Assembly: GCA_964016885.1 (NCBI GenBank) | Contig: OZ024744.1 | Coordinates: forward strand, 126,108,001-126,172,000 | DNA from: Eledone cirrhosa | Taxonomy: Eukaryota | Length of the DNA stretch: 64,000 nt | Direction: 5' to 3' | In this document: positions 1-12,829 of the stretch, in pieces | How positions within the stretch are numbered: the first letter of the stretch is position 1 | Layout: each line of letters starts with the position of its first letter | The notes under the pieces: generated by a model | The model's input: only the letters and a program-made list of their open reading frames with translations | Databases searched by the model: none | What the model was told of the DNA's origin: nothing | Translations under genes and position numbers: made by a program

Positions 1-3000
1 ATTTGTGGACCATGTTCGGAAGGCCATTGTGCATGTGTGGTGAAAAAAATTTGTGTCGAAATCTTCTCGGAAAATAACGGATCGCCGGCGGAGATTGCCA
101 TTTCGATCGTGGGCCGGCCGGATCTTGTCGGATCGATTCGGACATATGTGCATCGTGTTCGCAAGGCCCTTGTCTATGTGTGGTGTGATTTTCATAAAGA
201 AATTCCGAAAAACCCAGTTTTAAATCTGATTTCGCCAAAGAATTTTGGCTATCAGATCGGGTTGAAAGGTATGGTTTCAGGTCGATCTGAAAGTCTAAAA
301 TGGAATTCACTCGGTTAGCTAACTATTGATATATCGGAGATATCTTTCTGAAAATCACACCACACACTCCCAATGAGTGTCTGCACATGTACCAGTAATT
401 ACAGATGGATCCCACCACGGGCGGCCGGCCCACGATCGAAAAGGTTACTCCGAAGCACACCATTCGCCGGCGGAATTCATTTAGCATGGGCAGTTTTTCT
501 CGAAAATCACACCACACACAGCCAATGAGTGTCCGCACATGTACCAGTAATTACAGATGGATCCCACCACGGGCGGCTGGCCCACGATCGAAAAGGTTAC
601 TCCGCCTGCAAACGGTCATTTTCGAATTCGTTTTCTTCGAAGCACACGATTCGCCGGCGGACTTCAGCTGCCTCATTTAGCATGGGCAGTTTTTCTCGAA
701 AATCACACCACACACAGCAAATGTGTGTCCGCACATGTACCAGTAATTACAGATCGATTCCGGTGAAAATTCACTGAAAACGGGCCATTCGGCCCTGTGC
801 GTCGATCGTGGGCCGGCCGGATGTTGACGGATCGATGTGTAATTAGAAGTACATGTGCGGACACTCATTGGCTGTGCGTGGTATGCATTTCAGCAAGATA
901 TCTCCGTAACATCAAGAGTTATGGCTGTGGAGGCACACCTAGTCAAACGTAAACAAGCTCTGGAGCGTATACGCTTCGCGATTTTGTTTACGTTTGACTA
1001 GGTGTGCCTCCACAGCCACAACTCTTGATGTTACAGAGATATCTTGCTGAAATGCATACCACGCACAGCCAATGAGTGTCCGCACATGTACTTCTAATTA
1101 CACATCGATCCGTCAACATCCGGCCGGCCCACGATCGACGCACAGGGCCGGATGGCCCGTTTGCAGTGAATTTTCACGGGAATCGATCTGTAATTACTGG
1201 TACATGTGCGGACACACATTTGCTGTGTGTGGTGTGATTTTCACGAAAAACTGCCCATGCTAAATGACGAAGCTGAAGTCCGCCGGCGAATGGTGTGCTT
1301 CGAAGAAAACTAATTCGAAAATGACCGTTTGCAGGCGGAGTAACCTTTTCGATCGTGGGCCAGCCGCCCGTGGTGGGATCCATCTGTAATTACTGGTACA
1401 TGTGCGGACATACATTTGCTGTGTGTGGTGTGATTTTCAAGAAGAACTGCCCGTGCTAAATGAGGAAGCTGAAGTCCGCCGGCGAATGGTGTGCTTCGAA
1501 GAAAACTAATTCGAAAATGACCGTTTGCAGGCGGGGTAACCTTTTCGATCGTGGGCCAGCCGCCCGTGGTGGGATCCATCTGTAATTACTGGTACATGTG
1601 CGGACACACATTTGCTGTGTGTGGTGTGATTTTCGAGAAAGACTGCCCATGCTAAATGAGGAAGCTGAAGTCCGCCGGCGAATGGTGTGCTTCGAAGAAA
1701 ACTAATTCGAAAATGACTATTTGCCGGCGGAATCACCTTTTCGGTCCTGGTCCGGCCGGATCTTGCCGGATCGATCGGAAATTTGTGGACCATGTTCGGA
1801 AGGCCATTGTGCATGTGTGGTGAAAAAAATTTGTGTCGAAATCTTCTCGGAAAATAACGGATCGCCGGCGGAGATTGCCATTTCGATCGTGGGCCGGCCG
1901 GATCTTGTCGGATCGATTCGGACATATGTGCATCGTGTTCGCAAGGCCCTTGTCTATGTGTGGTGTGATTTTCATAAAGAAATTCCGAAAAACCCAGTTT
2001 TAAATCTGATTTCGCCAAAGAATTTTGGCTATCAGATCGGGTTGAAAGGTATGGTTTCAGGTCGATCTGAAAGTCTAAAATGGAATTCACTCGGTTAGCT
2101 AACTATTGATATATCGGAGATATCTTTCTGAAAATCACACCACACACTCCCAATGAGTGTCTGCACATGTACCAGTAATTACAGATGGATCCCACCACGG
2201 GCGGCCGGCCCACGATCGAAAAGGTTACTCAGAAGCACACCATTCGCCGGCGGAATTCATTTAGCATGGGCAGTTTTTCTCGAAAATCACACCACACACA
2301 GCCAATGAGTGTCCGCACATGTACCAGTAATTACAGATGGATCCCACCACGGGCGGCTGGCCCACGATCGAAAAGGTTACTCCGCCTGCAAACGGTCATT
2401 TTCGAATTCGTTTTCTTCGAAGCACACGATTCGCCGGCGGACTTCAGCTGCCTCATTTAGCATGGGCAGTTTTTCTCGAAAATCACACCACACACAGCAA
2501 ATGTGTGTCCGCACATGTACCAGTAATTACAGATCGATTCCGGTGAAAATTCACTGAAAACGGGCCATTCGGCCCTGTGCGTCGATCGTGGGCCGGCCGG
2601 ATGTTGACGGATCGATGTGTAATTAGAAGTACATGTGCGGACACTCATTGGCTGTGCGTGGTATGCATTTCAGCAAGATATCTCCGTAACATCAAGAGTT
2701 ATGGCTGTGGAGGCACACCTTTGTCAAACGTAAACAAGCTCTGGAGCGTATACGCTTCGCGATTTTGTTTACGTTTGACTAGGTGTGCCTCCACAGCCAC
2801 AACTCTTGATGTTACGGAGATATCTTGCTGAAATGCATACCACGCACGGCCAATGAGTGTCCGCACATGTACTTCTAATTACACATCGATCCGTCAACAT
2901 CCGGCCGGCCCACGATCGACGCACAGGGCCGGATGGCCCGTTTTCAGTGAATTTTCACCGGAATCGATCTGTAATTACTGGTACATGTGCGGACACACAT

Positions 3001-5675
3001 TTGCTGTGTGTGGTGTGATTTTCACGAAAAACTGCCCATGCTAAATGAGGAAGCTGAAGTCCGCCGGCGAATGGTGTGCTTCGAAGAAAACTAATTCGAA
3101 AATGACCGTTTGCAGGCGGAGTAACCTTTTCGATCGTGGGCCAGCCGCCCGTGGTGGGATACATCTGTAATTACTGGTACATGTGCGGACACACATTTGC
3201 TGTGTGTGGTGTGATTTTCGAGAAAGACTGCCCATGCTAAATGAGGAAGCTGAAGTCCGCCGGCGAATGGTGTGCTTCGAAGAAAACTAATTCGAAAATG
3301 ACTATTTGCCGGCGGAATCACCTTTTCGGTCCTGGTCCGGCCGGATCTTGCCGGATCGATCGGAAATTTGTGGACCATGTTCGGAAGGCCATTGTGCATG
3401 TGTGGTGAAAAAAATTTGTGTCGAAATCTTCTCGGAAAATAACGGATCGCCGGCGGAGATTGCCATTTCGATCGTGGGCCGGCCGGATCTTGTCGGATCG
3501 ATTCGGATATATGTGCATCGTGTTCGCAAGGCCCTTGTCTATGTGTGGTGTGATTTTCATAAAGAAATTCCGAAAAACCCAGTTTTAAATCTGATTTCGC
3601 CAAAGAATTTTGGCTATCAGATCGGGTTGAAAGGTATGGTTTCAGGTCGATCTGAAAGTCTAAAATGGAATACACTCGGTTAGCTAACTTTTGATATATC
3701 GGAGATATCTTTCTGAAAATCACACCACACACTCCCAATGAGTGTCTGCACATGTACCAGTAATTACAGATGGATCCCACCACGGGCGGCCGGCCCACGA
3801 TCGAAAAGGTTACTCCGAAGCACACCATTCGCCGGCGGAATTCATTTAGCATGGGCAGTTTTTCTCGAAAATCACACCACACACAGCCAATGAGTGTCCG
3901 CACATGTACCAGTAATTACAGATGGATCCCACCACGGGCGGCTGGCCCACGATCGAAAAGGTTACTCCGCCTGCAAACGGTCATTTTCGAATTAGTTTTC
4001 TTCGAAGCACACCATTCGCCGGCGGACTTCAGCTTCCTCATTTAGCATGGGCAGTTTTTCTCGAAAATCACACCACACACAGCAAATGTGTGTCCGCACA
4101 TGTACCAGTAATTACAGATCGATTCCGGTGAAAATTCACTGAAAACGGGCCATTCTGCCCTGTGCGTCGATCGTGGGCCGGCCGGATGTTGACGGATCGA
4201 TGTGTAATTAGAAGTACATGTGCGGACACTCATTGGCTGTGCGTGGTATGCATTTCAGCAAGATATCTCCGTAACATCAAGAGTTATGGCTGTGGAGGCA
4301 CACCTAGTCAAACGTAAACAAGCTCTGGAGCGTATACGCTTCGCGATTTTGTTTACGTTTGACTAGGTGTGCCTCCACAGCCACAACTCTTGATGTTACG
4401 GAGATATCTTGCTGAAATGCATACCACGCACAGCCAATGAGTGTCCGCACATGTACTTCTAATTACACATCGATCCGTCAACATCCGGCCGGCCCACGAT
4501 CGACGCACAGGGCCGGATGGCCCGTTTTCAGTGAATTTTCACCGGAATCGATCTGTAATTACTGGTACATGTGCGGACACACATTTGCTGTGTGTGGTGT
4601 GATTTTCACGAAAAACTGCCCATGCTAAATGAGGAAGCTGAAGTCCGCCGGCGAATGGTGTGCTTCGAAGAAAACTAATTCGAAAATGACCGTTTGCAGG
4701 CGGAGTAACCTTTTCGATCGTGGGCCAGCCGCCCGTGGTGGGATACATCTGTAATTACTGGTACATGTGCGGACACACATTTGCTGTGTGTGGTGTGATT
4801 TTCGAGAAAGACTGCCCATGCTAAATGAGGAAGCTGAAGTCCGCCGGCGAATGGTGTGCTTCGAAGAAAACTAATTCGAAAATGACTATTTGCCGGCGGA
4901 ATCACCTTTTCGGTCCTGGTCCGGCCGGATCTTGCCGGATCGATCGGAAATTTGTGGACCATGTTCGGAAGGCCATTGTGCATGTGTGGTGAAAAAAATT
5001 TGTGTCGAAATCTTCTCGGAAAATAACGGATCGCCGGCGGAGATTGCCATTTCGATCGTGGGCCGGCCGGATCTTGTCGGATCGATTCGGACATATGTGC
5101 ATCGTGTTCGCAAGGCCCTTGTCTATGTGTGGTGTGATTTTCATAAAGAAATTCCGAAAAACCCAGTTTTAAATCTGATTTCGCCAAAGAATTTTGGCTA
5201 TCAGATCGGGTTGAAAGGTATGGTTTCAGGTCGATCTGAAAGTCTAAAATGGAATTCACTCGGTTAGCTAACTATTGATATATCGGAGATATCTTTCTGA
5301 AAATCACACCACACACTCCCAATCAGTGTCTGCACATGTACCAGTAATTACAGATGGATCCCACCACGGGCGGCCGGCCCACGATCGAAAAGGTTACTCC
5401 GAAGCACACCATTCGCCGGCGGAATTCATTTAGCATGGGCAGTTTTTCTCGAAAATCACACCACACACAGCCAATGAGTGTCCGCACATGTACCAGTAAT
5501 TACAGATGGATCCCACCACGGGCGGCTGGCCCACGATCGAAAAGGTTACTCCGCCTGCAAACGGTCATTTTCGAATTCGTTTTCTTCGAAGCACACGATT
5601 CGCCGGCGGACTTCAGCTGCCTCATTTAGCATGGGCAGTTTTTCTCGAAAATCACACCACACACAGCCAATGAGT
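1..5675. repeat. Palindromic satellite array A, copy 1 (units of 1780/1584 bp built from ~196-bp subrepeats in inverted orientation)
   Basis: Identical blocks recur at 1780, 1585 and 1584 bp spacing. Inversion centres lie at ~970, ~2750 and ~4335. Mirror-image ORFs occur on opposite strands (677..868- vs 1072..1263+). The array is cut abruptly at 5675. Confidence 0.95.
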
Positions 5676-5719
5676 TTAAAATACTCACCGTTTGATTTGG
5701 AAAAACTTAAAATGCTCAC

Positions 5720-5746
5720 ATATATATGTGTATGTATTTATCTATG

Positions 5747-5794
<48 letters not shown>

Positions 5795-6365
5795 TGTATT
5801 TATCTATGTATTTATCTATATGCATGGATATATATATATATATATATATTTATCTATGTATTTATCTATATGCATGGATATATATATATATATATATGTA
5901 TTTATCTATGCATGTATGAATATATAAAATATATATATATATATATGTGTGTATGTATTTATCTATGCATGTATGAATATATAAAATATATATATATATA
6001 TATATGTATGTATTTATCTATGCATGTATATATATATAAATATATACATAAATATATATATATATATATGTATTTATCTATGCATGTGTGCATACATATA
6101 TATATATATATGTATTTATCTATACATGTATGTATATATATATATATACATATATAAGTATTTATCTATACATGTATGTATATATATATATACATATATA
6201 TGTATTTATCTATACATGTATGTATATATATATATATATATATGTATATAAGTATTTATCTATACATGTATGTATATATATATATATGTATATATGTATT
6301 TATCTATACATGTATGTATATATATATATATATATATGTATATAAGTATTTATCTATACATGTAT

Positions 6366-6398
<33 letters not shown>

Positions 6399-6430
6399 AG
6401 TATTTATCTATACATGTATGTATATATAAA
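5720..6430. repeat. Compound (TA)n microsatellite with recurring TATTTATCTATRCATG motif
   Basis: Directly visible low-complexity tract. Confidence 0.95.
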
Positions 6431-6499
6431 ATATTGTCATGTTTACAAAAATATTTTTCTAATATCGTGTTTAATATTTTATATTGTCGTCTGCTTCTC

Positions 6500-6905
6500 T
6501 TCTCACGTGGTTACTTACTCTCTCACCCTCTCTCTCTTTCCCCTCTCATACAACCCCTTCTTTCTCTTTCTTTCCCCTCTCACACAACCTCTTCTTTCTC
6601 TCTCTTTTTGCCAGTCCCTTCTCTCACTCTCTCTCCCTCTTCCTTTTTTATCTCTTTCTTTCTGTCTCTGTTTCCCTCCTATAGACATTCTCTCTCTCTC
6701 TTTCTGCTCTCACTCAGCCTTCTCTCTCTCTCTCTCTCTTTCCCCTCTCACACAGTCTTCTCTCTCTCTCTTTCCCCTCTCACACAGCATTCTCTCTCTC
6801 TCTCTCTTTCCCCTCTCACACAGCATTCTCTCTCTCTCTCTCTCTCTCTCTCTTTATTTCCCCTCTCACACAGCCTTCTCTCTCTATCTATCTATCTCTC
6901 TCTCT
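6500..6905. repeat. (CT)n-rich tract with TTTCCCCTCTCACACAG subunits
   Basis: Directly visible. Confidence 0.9.
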
Positions 6906-7869
6906 GGAGATTTTTTAACACAAAGTCACACAAGGATTAGAAAAATGGCGATAATCACTTTGAAAGTAACAATTATGCAATAAATAGTTGTTATTGCCAC
7001 GTCTCGTATCCTCCTTTGGCAATGTGTAAAATGTTAGCGAGATCGAGTGAACAATACACAAGTTATAATACTTTACAGACGGGACTTATACAGTAGATGT
7101 AGCAAAATGCGTAGATTACGATTCTTGAGACGAGATTAAAATATACGATTATGGGATACTTTAAGAAGACGAGTAGATGTTTGAGTAGATTTAGCTGCTT
7201 TTTCTAGCATTTTTAGTTATACTTTGAAGCACATTTTTTTTGTTACTATTATATTAAAAGTTATCTGGTTACGTTATTTGACTGGTATTTCTAGCATTTT
7301 ACAAGGACCACGTGTGTGTTTTATTTAAGGAAGATCTAGTTGTTATTTCTGATATTTTCTTCATCAAGTTAGTTGCTATTTCCTGCATCCTCTTGAAGAC
7401 AAGAAATAATAATGAATTAGCTGCTGTTTCTAGTAGGTTCTATGGTAGTGATGAGCGTGGGAGGGGGGTTTGACTGCTATTTTTAGCAGGTTCTAAGGCA
7501 TTGAGGTTTATGTTTTACGAGAGATTTGGCTGTTATTTCTAACATGTTATAATGGAGAGAGAGAGAGAGTATAAGATATACAGAGAGAGGGAGTATAAGA
7601 TATAGAGAGAGGGGAAACGGCCGATGTTTACGTTGAGAAAACCTAATAAAATGTTATAAATGGGTTTATAAAGAATAGAATGAGATAAACAAGACAAAGT
7701 TAGATAAAATAAATCAGCTGTAAGGATATTATACGATATATTTATAATATTTTAATATATTTTTCCTGGTCGTCTGCTGCCATTGATAGAGAGAGGAGTG
7801 GTGGGAGGTAGCCATAACAACCGTGGTAGCAGCACTGAGGTTTGTTTTTAAAGAAGTGAATACAAGAAA

Positions 7870-8510
7870 AACAAGCAACTAAGAATATTAATCTCTTAAA
7901 CCCTTCAAGATGTGTATGACAAGAAAGAAGACGTTTTAGAGTCGTATGACATAGATGATAACTGGAAATTCTTACGTGACAACTTACTGCAGGCTACTGA
8001 AGAAACTTGTGGCTGGAGCAGAGCTCCGACCAGACAGAGAGTGACCTGGTGGTGGGACAACACGGTAGATAAGGCCATTAGAGACAAAAGACTAGCATGG
8101 AACACTTGAAAAAATGGTGGGAGTAGAGACCGATACACAGCTGCTAAGAGAGAAGCTAGACGTCAGATGTACTTAGCACGCACGGAGGCTGAGAGTAGGA
8201 GGTTTGCCAATGTTCTGTGATGGGAAGATCAGAGGCGTGCGGTGTTCCACATTGCAAGGCATGGTGTCAGTGTAAATCAGGATGTTGTTGGAGATAAGTG
8301 TATCCGGAATGATGCCAGTGTACTTGGTGTCACGAATGATCAAAAAAAGGAGGCCTGGAAATATCATTATGAGAGGCTGATGAATTGTGGAGAATGAATG
8401 GGAGAGAGGGAAACTATCCCCAGTAGACCCAACAGAGGGACCAGCTATTGAGATTGGGAAATATAGGGTACAAGAGGCAATTAAGGAAATGAAGAATGGC
8501 AAGGCTACAT
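7870..8510 (+). mobile_element. Degenerate RTE-clade LINE fragment (region between EN and RT)
   Basis: Translates to ...EETCGW...RVTWWWDNTVDKAI...KEMKNGKA, typical of RTE ORFs. Contains stops and is truncated by the MITE at 8511. Confidence 0.75.
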
Positions 8511-8739
8511 TTAACCCTTTAGCATTTAAACCAGCCATACCTAGCCAGAATACTCTCACATCTTTCTGTTCAAACCAGCCATAACTGGCCACTCATACTG
8601 ACGTTAAGGTATTGTTCTCAATATAAATAATATCAAAATCTCATAGATTCGATATTATATGAGATAATTATGTAAGATAAAGCCTTTACCACAAAAATAC
8701 AATAGTATATATAGAGTAATAAAAATGCTAAAGGGTAAA
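8511..8739. mobile_element. piggyBac-like MITE
   Basis: TTAA + CCCTTTAGCATTT (8515) ... AAATGCTAAAGGG (ends 8735) + TAAA: 13-bp TIR with CCC/GGG ends; the right-hand TTAA is imperfect. Confidence 0.7.
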
Positions 8740-9049
8740 AGTAGCTTATTATTTTGTGAGCTCTTGCTACTTATTGCTCTTGTGCATCAAGAACATACAC
8801 AGCTTACATTTTGTTGCTAATCTCACTGAGATCCAACTACATCTCTTGTTTATCCATAGTTTGGAATTTCTACCTACTCCTTTCCTTTAGAATGATCAAG
8901 GCCATTTTCTTGTGGGGATCTAGACCCTGTTTTCCTTTCTATTTTGCCAAGTTATCTTACATCACTTTCATTCTAGACCATGCTTCCAGGTTTGGAATTT
9001 CTCCTCTAATTTTACCACAGATTAAGTGACAAGGGTTCAATCATGTGCA

Positions 9050-10735
9050 TACAGGAGTTCCCATGGACAGCCAGTAATATGTAATAGCCTGCAGGATGAT
9101 AATAAACAGAAGAGGGTTAATTACAGAGCCTTGATAGAGGGTTAATAACAGAGCCCTGATAGACTTGTTCACTCAACTCCTCACTATAGCCATCATTACT
9201 TTTAACCTTACTGACTGCTCCTCCATACATGGCTTTTACTGCTCTCACAAGCCACTCATATACCCCTAGTTTTCTAAGTTATACACCAGATTAGGGAAGG
9301 GGGAAGTCTCACAGAAGCTCTCTCTGGGTCAACAAATGCCAAGTAGAGGGGCTTATTTTAGCTAGGTACTACTCTTGCAGTTGCCACACAAGGAAGAGGA
9401 CATCAGTGGTACTTTTACCTGGCACAAATCCAAACTTCATCTCATCTAGGTTAACTTGGTCCCTAATCAGCTGTGTTATAAATCTAACACCTTCATGAAG
9501 TGGTCCATCTAATATCTCTATAGTTTTCTAGCTCTAGTACATCTCCTTTGCCCTTGTAGCAGTTGATGATGATGATACTACACCATTTATTTGGTATGAC
9601 ACCATTTTGTATTACATGCTGTACGATACCAGTGGTTAAGATGTGACCCACCATCCCAGATACTTTCAGTATCTCAGCAACTATCACCAATGGACAAGAT
9701 ACTTTCTCTGTCTTCATATCCTTAATTACCTTACTTCATATCCTTAATTACCTTACTGCTTACTTGTATGGCTGGACCCTCTGTTGGGCCCACTTTCCGT
9801 AGACTATCTTCCTCCCATGCATTCTCCTCATTCAGTAATCTTTCATAAAGGCATTTCCATGTTACAAAGGTTGGCTGAAAAGTTCATAGACTATCAATGA
9901 TAGCATGATGCTAGAGCTGTGAAATCTTGCCTGCATTAATTTCAACTCTTCTTATTAATAACTGCATTGTTTCCTTCCAGGGACTATGTTGAAAAATAAA
10001 CCTCATTTGGTCATTCCATGAGTGTATCTTGGTCTGCCTATGAACTTTTCAGCTGACCCTATTCAGCATCAGTGAGCCCAAATGCCCCATTATCATCCTG
10101 GACACACTTTACCCCAACATCACAATTTGCCCTCACACACTGCCTCACAATCCTGAACATCTCATGTATTTCATCCTCACATCATAAAACCAACTGAAAT
10201 TATATATTCTCTGCTTCCCTCCTTGCAAAGAATACTTCTTGCCTAGCTTCCTGTAGTGTACCCTCCAGCTGCCTCCATTCTGCCATTATTCCATGCCTGT
10301 CTCTTGGCCTTAACTGTCTCATCTACCCTAGTGTTTCACCACCAAGATACTCTCCTCTCTGAAGCCCTGCTCCAGCCACAGATCTAGTTTGACACCTTCA
10401 GCAAAGGTTCTTTAAGGAACTCCCACTGTTCCCCTATATTGTATGTTTCTATTTGTTCTTCCTTACTGTTGTAAAGATCAAACAAAATATCTCTAAATTT
10501 GGAACTGGCTGAGGGGTCCTTTAACTTCCATATCCTTCTCCTCCAAGTTGCCCTCAGTCTTCAAGTTCATCTAAGTCTATGAAATCACTAACTACTGGGT
10601 TATGTTGGGAGGTGCATTCTTCCCCAGGGGGTGGGGATTGTGTGTTTACAAATGTCAATATCTCATCTTCTGGTGAGGATAAAAATCTGACTGGCATGCT
10701 CCTCTGACCAATAGGTGTTGAAGTGGTTGTCGGGT
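9050..10735 (-). mobile_element. Degenerate RTE-clade LINE fragment including part of RT
   Basis: Minus-strand remnants such as CYKGKGDVLELENYRDI, ...FGFVPGK.T.D and AFVD.E.A; many stops and frameshifts. Confidence 0.75.
9863..10062. mobile_element. Tc1/mariner-type MITE (~200 bp) nested in RTE fragment
   Basis: Imperfect TIRs GGTTGGCTGAAAAGTTCATAG ... CTATGAACTTTTCAGCTGACC with TA at the flanks; second inverted copy at ~19860-20015. Confidence 0.7.
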
Positions 10736-10774
10736 AAACGTTAAGACCCTCTGATATACATATATATATATATA

Positions 10775-10830
10775 CTAGCAGTGGTACCCGGCGTTGCACG
10801 GGATAACGTATTTCGGAACGCGGGCCGCCA
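10775..10830 (-). mobile_element. Helitron-type 3' terminus
   Basis: Minus strand reads CCCGTGCAACGCCGGG (GC hairpin), 8 nt, then CTAG|T into (TA)n. Same terminus at 47459-47513 (+). 5' end not identified. Confidence 0.65.
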
Positions 10831-11169
10831 TCTTCCACTTCAGCCGGTCGCCCTAAAGTGTTGGCTATTCAGTCTACTTGAGGCCAGTTGGTGAGGGGGG
10901 GTAAAGCTTTCAGTGTGCTACTACCCTCACGGTCAAATAGAAAGGGAGAGGAAGAAAAGTCAGCGTTAATATCGTGCTACACGTTTGAAAGGTTGGATGA
11001 CCTTAGAGTTCACCAGGGTGGGGGGTTCTAAAAGTATCTATCTTGGTATTTTATCTTAGAAGTAATCATTACAGAGTGTACTGGGTGTATTTTAGTGGGC
11101 AGTAATTCCATAAAGAACACAGTATAATCTGTGGACACAAGCCTTGCAGTGTGATTACAGGCAGGTTAA

Positions 11170-11900
11170 TGGGAAAGATAGATTATATATGTGACATGAT
11201 GTACATGAGAAGTGAGGACACAGACCACACATGAAATAGATTCCTACAACTGTCAGGGAGGCTCCCTAGAATTACAGATGACATATTTCAATATCTCGGT
11301 GATCAAGTTAGCAGTGGAGGAAGAATCTCTAAAAGTGTAATACCCAGGATAAGGACAGGCTGGAAGAAGTTTAGAGTACTGTTCCATCTGTTGACAACAA
11401 AGGGCTTCTCTCTCAGAATGGAGGCTAGACTGCTTGATACTTATGTGTGGTCTGCAATCTACACCCCAGCCATGCCCCTTCCACTACCACTCCTTAGCTA
11501 TTTCTCTCCATTAATACTCCTCACATTTCAAGCAGTTTTCTCATCTCAATGAAAGAAAAATATTGGGCTCAAGAGAAGTCTTCAGTTATGCCATGGTGTG
11601 GCAACCTCCCTAGGGTTGGGCAGAGTGTAAATGAGAGTGAAATTAGGTATGAGAGGGATCAGATGCAGTATACAAGAGAGTAGATTACATTGGTATGGTC
11701 ATGTGATGGGTATAAAGGATGACAGCTGTATAAAAATGTGCTGGGCAATCAAAGTTGATGGAAGTTATGAAGGCGGAAGACCCAGGATGACCTGGGATGA
11801 GGTGATAAAAGATGACTTTGCACAATTGCAACTCTCAAAGACAATGACACAGGATAGAGATCTTGAGATGTATGCAGCAATACAGAAGGCCTGCTTTCCA
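11170..11900 (+). mobile_element. RTE-clade LINE 3' fragment
   Basis: RI..GWKKFR.L..LLT and RLHWYGHVM...GRPRMTWDEVIKDD, the RTE C-terminal signature. Confidence 0.75.
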
Positions 11901-11984
11901 ATGTGCACGGACTCAAACATACATCTAGTAGGCCCCTCCTAACCACTATACTCCTTTCCAAACTCCCACACTCCCACTTCTGTA

Positions 11985-12565
11985 CACACCACCTTTAGAC
12001 TGTAAAGTGGTAGTGTACAAGTCACAACAAAAGCACCCAGTCCACTCTGTAAAGTTGATGTGTTGGTGTCATAACAAAAGGCACTCAGTCCACTCTGTAA
12101 AGAGGTTGTGTAAGTGTCACAACAAAGACATCTAGTCCACACTGTAAAGTGGTCATGTAGGTGTCACAACAAAAAGTACCAGTCATTATTGTAAAGTGGT
12201 TGTATAGGTGTCATAACAAAAAGCACCCAGTCGACACTGTAAAGTGGTTGTGTAGGTGTCAGAACCAAAAGCACCCAGTCCACCCTGTAAAGTGGTTGTG
12301 TAGGTGTCATGATAAAAAGCACCCAGTCCACACAGTAAAGTGGTCATGTAGGTGTCACTAAAAAAGCACCCAGTCTACTCTGTAAAGTGGTCATGTAGGT
12401 GTCATGACAAATAGCACCCAGTCCACCCTGTAAAGTGTTCATGTAGGTGTCATGATGGAGAGTAACCAGTCCACAATGTAAAGTAGCCATGTAGCTGTCA
12501 CAACAAAGCACCCAGTCCACACTGTAAAGTGGTCATGTAGGTGTCATTTCAAAAAGCACCCAGGT
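11985..12565 (+). repeat. 48-bp minisatellite (AAAGCACCCAGTCCACACTGTAAAGTGGT...), ~12 units
   Basis: Visible tandem units; the duplicate at ~51815-52490 has two extra units (offset rises by 96 bp). Confidence 0.9.
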
Positions 12566-12639
12566 CCATGGCTTGGCCTGCTAACCGACGCTATACCCAA
12601 GTCGGTCGCCATGCTTTCCAGCATAGAGTTACGTCTCTT

Positions 12640-12755
12640 TATGGTCTGAGTTCAAATCACGCCGAGGTTAACTTTGCCTTTCATCCTTACGGGGTCGATA
12701 AAATAAAGCACCAGTAATGTACTGGGGTCGATTTAATCGACTTTCCCCTCCTCTG
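12640..12755 (+). mobile_element. tRNA-derived SINE fragment (dispersed family)
   Basis: B-box-like GAGTTCAAATC followed by ACTTTGCCTTTCATCC..GGGGTCGATAAAATAA..ACCAGT. Related copies at ~23990, ~27410, ~39590(-), ~39875 and ~48185(-). Confidence 0.7.
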
Positions 12756-12793
12756 CCAAATGACACACACATGCATGGTTCGGGGGAACCTAC

Positions 12794-12829
<36 letters not shown>

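Noticed and set aside
1-5675. Many 60-270 aa ORFs in satellite A (also 40374-47370)
   Set aside because: They recur with the repeat on both strands, overlap in several frames, have no recognisable domain, and change length with single SNPs
5692-6983. YI/LS-rich ORFs (also 14218-14766, 17805-18291 and duplicates)
   Set aside because: Translations of microsatellites
12640-12680. tRNA gene
   Set aside because: Only a B-box-like motif; no cloverleaf; continues into SINE body
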